A stretch of DNA of 59,568 bases, the filler included. It is 7 parts of 7 records of this genome, joined end to end, with 100 filler letters (N's around TTAATTAATTAA, not from the genome) between each part and the next. Parts side by side here need not be neighbours in the genome. Positions count along the whole stretch, not along the records: positions 50,473 to 59,568 come from SRR31147125_3856; 6 more parts are not named here. One strand, given 5' to 3'. The position numbers and the translations under genes are program-made. Shown here piece after piece: positions 54,675 through 59,568 of this stretch; the stretch's first letter is position 1, and each line of letters opens with the position of its first letter. The notes below the pieces were generated by a model. The model did no database searches, was not told the DNA's origin, and saw only the letters and a program-made list of their open reading frames with translations.

Positions 54675-55310
54675 ATGAGAGAGAATATAAAAAAAGAATT
54701 AACAGTTAATATTGACGGAGAACAGAAATTTTTTAATATTGAAATTGTTAAAATTGATAAAGATAATAACGAAGTGGAAATAAAATTTTTGAACTTTTCT
54801 AAAAATCCTGGTATTAAAACCTTTGATAAATGTGAGGTTAAAATTTATCAGGGAGGAGAAATATATGTATTTGATAGTCGTTTTTCAAAAGTAAGAGACT
54901 TTGGTTTTTATATAGATGAACCAGATAATATTAGAAAACTACAAAGGCGAAAAAATAGAAGATATTTATATGTTACAAATGTGGAGATAAAAAAATATAA
55001 AAATAATACTTTCGGTAAATGTTTTAATTTAAGTAAAGGTGGTTTAGGGTTTTATAGTAAGGATCTATTTTCAAAAGGAGAGATATTATTTATAGTTCTT
55101 CGTTGTCCATTTCAAAGAAAAACATATAATTTGGAAATAGAGATAATGGATAGTTTCATAGAAGAAGATGGTTACATAAGATATGGCACAAAGTTTGCTG
55201 ATTGGGTAAAAAATGAATTTGATTATCTACTAAGGTTTCTTGACATTAGAGAGCAGAAAAAAGAAAAAAATGAAATTGATAGAAAAACAATTGAAAGAAC
55301 AAGAGAATGA
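54675..55310 (+). CDS. PilZ-domain c-di-GMP receptor (YcgR-like); the true end may be 55368 if an A-run is miscalled
   Basis: QRRKNRR (RxxxR) and NLSKGG (D/NxSxxG) motifs; ATG 54675 follows GGGAGG. Confidence 0.85.
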   Translation: MRENIKKELTVNIDGEQKFFNIEIVKIDKDNNEVEIKFLNFSKNPGIKTFDKCEVKIYQGGEIYVFDSRFSKVRDFGFYIDEPDNIRKLQRRKNRRYLYVTNVEIKKYKNNTFGKCFNLSKGGLGFYSKDLFSKGEILFIVLRCPFQRKTYNLEIEIMDSFIEEDGYIRYGTKFADWVKNEFDYLLRFLDIREQKKEKNEIDRKTIERTRE

Positions 55311-55404
55311 AGAAGTAGAAATTCCTAAAAAAGGATTCTTAAGAAAATTAAGTTTTATAAAAAGCTAATTCTTTTTATATATGTTAACGTTTTATCCTAT
55401 GCAT

Positions 55405-55433
55405 TTGATTTTGTGCTAGCTTTCTTGTATAAT
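55405..55433 (+). promoter_or_regulatory. sigma70 promoter for ridA
   Basis: TTGATT-17 nt-TATAAT. Confidence 0.6.
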
Positions 55434-55477
55434 ATGTTGAATTAGAATAAAATGCAAAAGAAAATGTGGAGGTAATT

Positions 55478-55855
55478 ATGAAAGTTATAGCAACAGAAAA
55501 GGCTCCTGCAGCAGTAGGACCATACTCACAAGCAATTCAAGCAGGAGATATGTTATTTATATCAGGGCAGATTCCTTTAGTTCCAGGTACAGGTGTATTT
55601 GTAGAGGGTGGAATTAAAGAACAAACAAAACAATGTTTAGAGAACTTAAAAGCTATCTTGGAAGAAGCAGGAGCAACATTTGATAATGTTGTAAAATGTG
55701 GAGTATTTTTAGATGATATTAATGACTTTGCAGCAATGAATGAAGTTTATGCAGAATACTTTAGTGAGCATAAACCAGCTAGAGCAGCTGTAGAAGTAGC
55801 TAATTTACCAAAAGCAGCACTTGTTGAAATTGAAGCAATTGCTTACATTAAATAA
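55478..55855 (+). CDS. ridA: RidA enamine/imine deaminase
   Basis: [36 protein letters not shown]. Confidence 0.95.
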   Translation: MKVIATEKAPAAVGPYSQAIQAGDMLFISGQIPLVPGTGVFVEGGIKEQTKQCLENLKAILEEAGATFDNVVKCGVFLDDINDFAAMNEVYAEYFSEHKPARAAVEVANLPKAALVEIEAIAYIK

Positions 55856-55866
55856 GAGATAATCCA

Positions 55867-55897
55867 AAAGCTTCCTCATCATTGAGGAAGCTTTTTT
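55867..55897 (+). terminator. intrinsic terminator after ridA
   Basis: AAAAGCTTCCTCA-tcat-TGAGGAAGCTTTTTT. Confidence 0.85.
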
Positions 55898-56022
55898 AAT
55901 ACCACAGTAAAGTATAGATTCTGTAAGTTCTTATGTGAGTGAATAAGGTCATATTTACACTCTAAAAGTCCGACTTTCTTTGAATTTTAGATGAAGCCGA
56001 AGACTTCTTTTATTTTAGTATA

Positions 56023-56928
56023 TTATTTTATTGGTATATAGATATCAAACTCCGAACCTGGATTAGTTGTTCCTAAAAATCTATCATCGTATAACTCAAA
56101 ATCAAAAGCTTTGTCAGGAATAAAACCAGATGCAGGGAATGCTTTGGTATAGATAGTTTTATAAGTTTCATAAAGTGTATCAAGAGCCCCTTTATGAGTG
56201 AAAACAATATATTTCTGTTCGGGGATTTCGATAGCATTCATTCCTTCTGGAATAGAATCAATCTTAGTAACGACAACTCCTGCTAAATACCTAAATTCAA
56301 GCTCTTCTGTCATATCCATCGTTAAATCAGGATCGTAGTTGTAATTTTTAAGCTCACCACAAAAACCAATATGTTCCTTTTTAATAGTTTTATTTTGTAC
56401 TTCATTACACCTTGAATCAAAATCCATCCACAATTTTGGTATTACGTTTTTTTCTATATTTTCTTTTCTTGTAGTTGTACATTCAAGACCAACTAAAAAC
56501 AGTTTTTCTCTATTAATGATTTTATATTCCATATTTATTTCTCCTCTGCTAATTTTTATTTTTTCTAAATTCATTTTACTTTTATAAGCGTTCAAGAAAC
56601 CATGATACTCCTTTTTTCTGAACCTATTGGGAGTTTGCCCGAACATATCTTTAAATGCTCTTGTAAATGACTCCTGGCTCTCATAACCATAATCAAAGCT
56701 AATTTCTATTATTGATTTTTTAGTATTTATAAGCTCGTATGATGCATGGGTAAGGCGTCTCTTTCTTACATATCTCATCAATGTTTCTCCAGTTACTTCT
56801 GAGAAAATATGATGAAAGTGATATACAGATATACAAGCTGTCTTTGCAATATCGTTAAGAGTAATGTTGTTCTTTAAATTATCCTCTATGTAATTAATTA
56901 CACTTTCAATTGAATCATAATATTCCAT
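56023..56928 (-). CDS. AraC-family regulator with C-terminal GyrI-like effector domain (Rob-like)
   Basis: YVRKRRL..A, YGYESQESFTRAFK.MFG.TP HTH; YIVFTHKG...FELYD...DIYIPIK. Confidence 0.93.
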   Translation of the reverse strand: MEYYDSIESVINYIEDNLKNNITLNDIAKTACISVYHFHHIFSEVTGETLMRYVRKRRLTHASYELINTKKSIIEISFDYGYESQESFTRAFKDMFGQTPNRFRKKEYHGFLNAYKSKMNLEKIKISRGEINMEYKIINREKLFLVGLECTTTRKENIEKNVIPKLWMDFDSRCNEVQNKTIKKEHIGFCGELKNYNYDPDLTMDMTEELEFRYLAGVVVTKIDSIPEGMNAIEIPEQKYIVFTHKGALDTLYETYKTIYTKAFPASGFIPDKAFDFELYDDRFLGTTNPGSEFDIYIPIK

Positions 56929-56964
56929 GTTAAAACCTCCTGAAGTATTATTGAGCTCATTAAT

Positions 56965-57008
56965 ATTCTACCACAAATGGAATCTCTATTTTTTACCATT
57001 TTTTGCGT
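56965..57008 (-). promoter_or_regulatory. promoter of the AraC gene with a possible mar/rob-box-like site
   Basis: Minus strand GCAAAAAATGGTAAAA in the -35 region, then extended -10 TGgTAGAAT. Confidence 0.35.
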
Positions 57009-57351
57009 TTCTGCTTTTCATGTAAAAAAAATTTAATTGGAAGAAATGTGGAATGATCGTTAATTACTGTAATAAACATGAAAAGTAAACATGAGGAGTT
57101 TATTTCTGTTCGTAAAAAGTTTATTTAGGTTTATATAATTATGATGAAAGCGATAAAGTGTAGTAAAATCAACGTGGAAAAGATAAAACTAGCAAAATAA
57201 GTTAACACTTTTTTTACATGACATATATTTTGTTTTTACAAAGATGAACTATAATGGTGTAGTCTTTGTGAAAGTTGTTTCAAAAATAAAACGCTATTTG
57301 AGAGGTAGATTATTAAGAGAGTGCAGGTTTTGAGAATATAGGGAGGAAAAA

Positions 57352-59336
57352 ATGCAAAATAGTCAAATTGCTTTAAAAAAGAAAAAAAGTATATTTTCTT
57401 TTATGAAAACACAAAAAAGAAGAAATAAAACGAAGTTGCCTAAAAAGGAGCGAACTAAAAAGAAAAAAATAGAAAAGGAACAAGATTCCAAATATCAATA
57501 AAATCTAAACTAGTAATAATATCAATTTTAACTTTTGTTTCGTTTGGTACATTTCTTCTATCTTTTCATAATTTTGAGAGAACAGTAATTAATGTTGAAA
57601 AGATAAATGGTCAGGGAATGATGGTTTATTCAAAATTCTTAAAAGTATTGGAATCAGAAAAAGATTTATATATTGAGGATAATTTAGACTCATATGATAG
57701 AACTAAAGAAATTTTAGCCTCTCTTCAAGATGATTTACTTAACTTAACGCAAATGGTTGAAGATAGGGAAACTCAAATAATTATTCAAGAGATAACGGAA
57801 CAGATTAACAAATATGAGATGAATTTTGATAGGATAAAAGGTTTATACCAGATATTAAGGCTTAATATCCTTAGTAAAGAAAATGATGAGTATCTAGCGT
57901 TATTAAATAAGTTAGAAAAAGAAGAAATTGTTCAAATAAATGAAATGAAAGCCAAAAATTTGGATAGCTATATTGAATATTTAGATGAAAATTTCACGAA
58001 AGAAACTTTAAATGGTTATATAGATTTACTAAAGGAAAAACAGGGTCTACTAGATGGAATTATTATGACTAAAAAAACATTCTCATTTAGATTAAAAGAG
58101 ACAGAAAAAAATCTTAAAAACTTAATTGTTAAAATGGAGAAATCATCTAGATTAAAAGCAGATAAATTAAAGATTATTACTTTCATCACTACTATAGTTT
58201 TATTAATTATTTTACAGTTTTTCTTGTTAGTTATTGCCAAATCAGTTTTAGAGTCAATTAAACACTTTAGAAATATTATTAGTGATTTAAAAGATGGAAA
58301 CTTAAGAAAAAGAGAGTTAACTGCAAGCAAAGATGAGTTTGGACAGATCGAAAAATATTTAAACGAATTTGTAAATACAATATCAGAGTACCTATTTGAT
58401 ATAAACAAACTAACTGACGATGTTGAAAATGAAAATCAAAAAGTAACTGTGGCAATGAATAATGCAATAAATGGGGCAGCAGAAACAAAAGGTGTTGCGG
58501 GGCTAAATAGTGATATTAATACGATAGTAAGTGATATTGAAAAAGAGAACCAGGGAACAAAGGCTAGTTTACTTTTCTTAGAGGATATTTTTTCTACTGA
58601 TAAGAGTGTGGCAAATTCAATAGAAAAAACATACAATTCATCAGAAAAAGCTGCATCTATTAGTGAAGAGAACGCCGAAAGAATCGAAGAGATGGAAGCT
58701 AAAATGAATTCGATTAATAATAATGTGGAAAGATCTACAGAAGTAATTTCAGAACTAACACAGCTATCTAATAATATAGATAATATAGTATCTGCAATAA
58801 CAAGTATCTCTGAACAAACAAATATGCTTGCACTTAATGCAGCTATTGAGGCAGCTAGGGCTGGTGAAGCAGGAAGAGGATTCTCAGTTGTTGCAGAAGA
58901 GATTAGAAAGCTTGCAACACAAACTGACGTAGAGGCTTCCAAAATCAATGATATAATAAATACAATTCAAAGTGATGTAAAAAATGTAAATAATACAAAT
59001 GAGGCAGTAAGATTAAATGTAGAAGAAGCAAAAAGTACAACGACTGACTTAAAAAATAGCATAATGGAAGTTAAAGAGATAATTTTAGAGAATAATAGCA
59101 ATATTCAAGATATATCTTCAGCAGTAAAAGATCAAAAAGTAGCTCAAGAAGAGATAACAAAAACAATAAGTAAATTAGATGAGAACTACGAAAGAGTTGA
59201 GCAATCGGGAAGTAATATGACATATTCAGCAGATGTAATTACAGGAATTTTATCGAAAAACTTAGGAAATCTTCAGCATGTATCAGAATTAACAGCGAGA
59301 TTAAAAGATGACATGAAGTTCTTTAAATTTAATTAA
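57352..59336 (+). CDS. methyl-accepting chemotaxis protein; one frameshift in A-runs near 57460-57470
   Basis: [46 protein letters not shown]1 [14 protein letters not shown] lies upstream of the ORF-track start in the same frame; ATG 57352 follows GGGAGG. Confidence 0.92.
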
Positions 59337-59568
59337 ATTTATACTAAGAGAACAATATTTGATTTTTTTATGTGAGTAAAAATAAGCTTAATATTTAGAT
59401 ATTAATAATTTCAAAAAGAATCAATTTTAAATTGAGCTAAAACTTTCTTAGAAAAGGCGGGAATCTTTCTCGTCTTTTTAAATATAAATTTTTAAAAATA
59501 TCTTGATATATTAAATAAAATAAGTTAGATATTAAATGAGAGCTTTGCATAACGTCATAATTTTCTAA

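Overview
This window is not one locus. It is seven short contigs joined by identical 100-nt spacers (44 N + TTAATTAATTAA + 44 N), and gene content suggests several different organisms, probably from an anaerobic metagenome (taxonomy below is inferred, not searched). (1) 1-6401, Acholeplasmatales/Izemoplasmatales-like mollicute: pepF, DUF975, a lipoprotein endonuclease I and infA-rpmJ-rpsM-rpsK-rpoA-rplQ with a cysteine-free L36. (2) 6502-14527, FCB-superphylum-like (KSB1/Calditrichota-like): hisF, hisI, lipid kinase, TPR protein, rimP-nusA-infB. (3) 14628-21887: PHP, HATPase, a four-gene NAD(P)-linked [FeFe]-hydrogenase whose flavoprotein subunit carries non-bifurcating signatures, then buk, an LsrG/ABM gene and a probable ptb start. 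(4) 21988-37938, clostridial: cyclic beta-1,2-glucan synthase-like giant gene, AKR, M29 aminopeptidase, fba, yaaL-bofA, an SH3/PG-binding protein with an unannotated domain behind WalR-type boxes, gltB-gltD. (5) 38039-44655, Bacteroidales galactan PUL (SusC, SusD, GH43, GH53). (6) 44756-50372, Bacteroidales: PFOR, an AAA protein with a DQ Walker B, U32, CE7. (7) 50473-59568, AT-rich diderm with chemotaxis genes: OM protein, REC-PAS, decayed plus intact DUF1566 genes, PilZ, RidA, AraC-GyrI, MCP. Many genes are split by single-base indels, nearly all in homopolymers, which is most simply sequencing error. No rRNA, tRNA, CRISPR array, transposase or reverse transcriptase was recognised.
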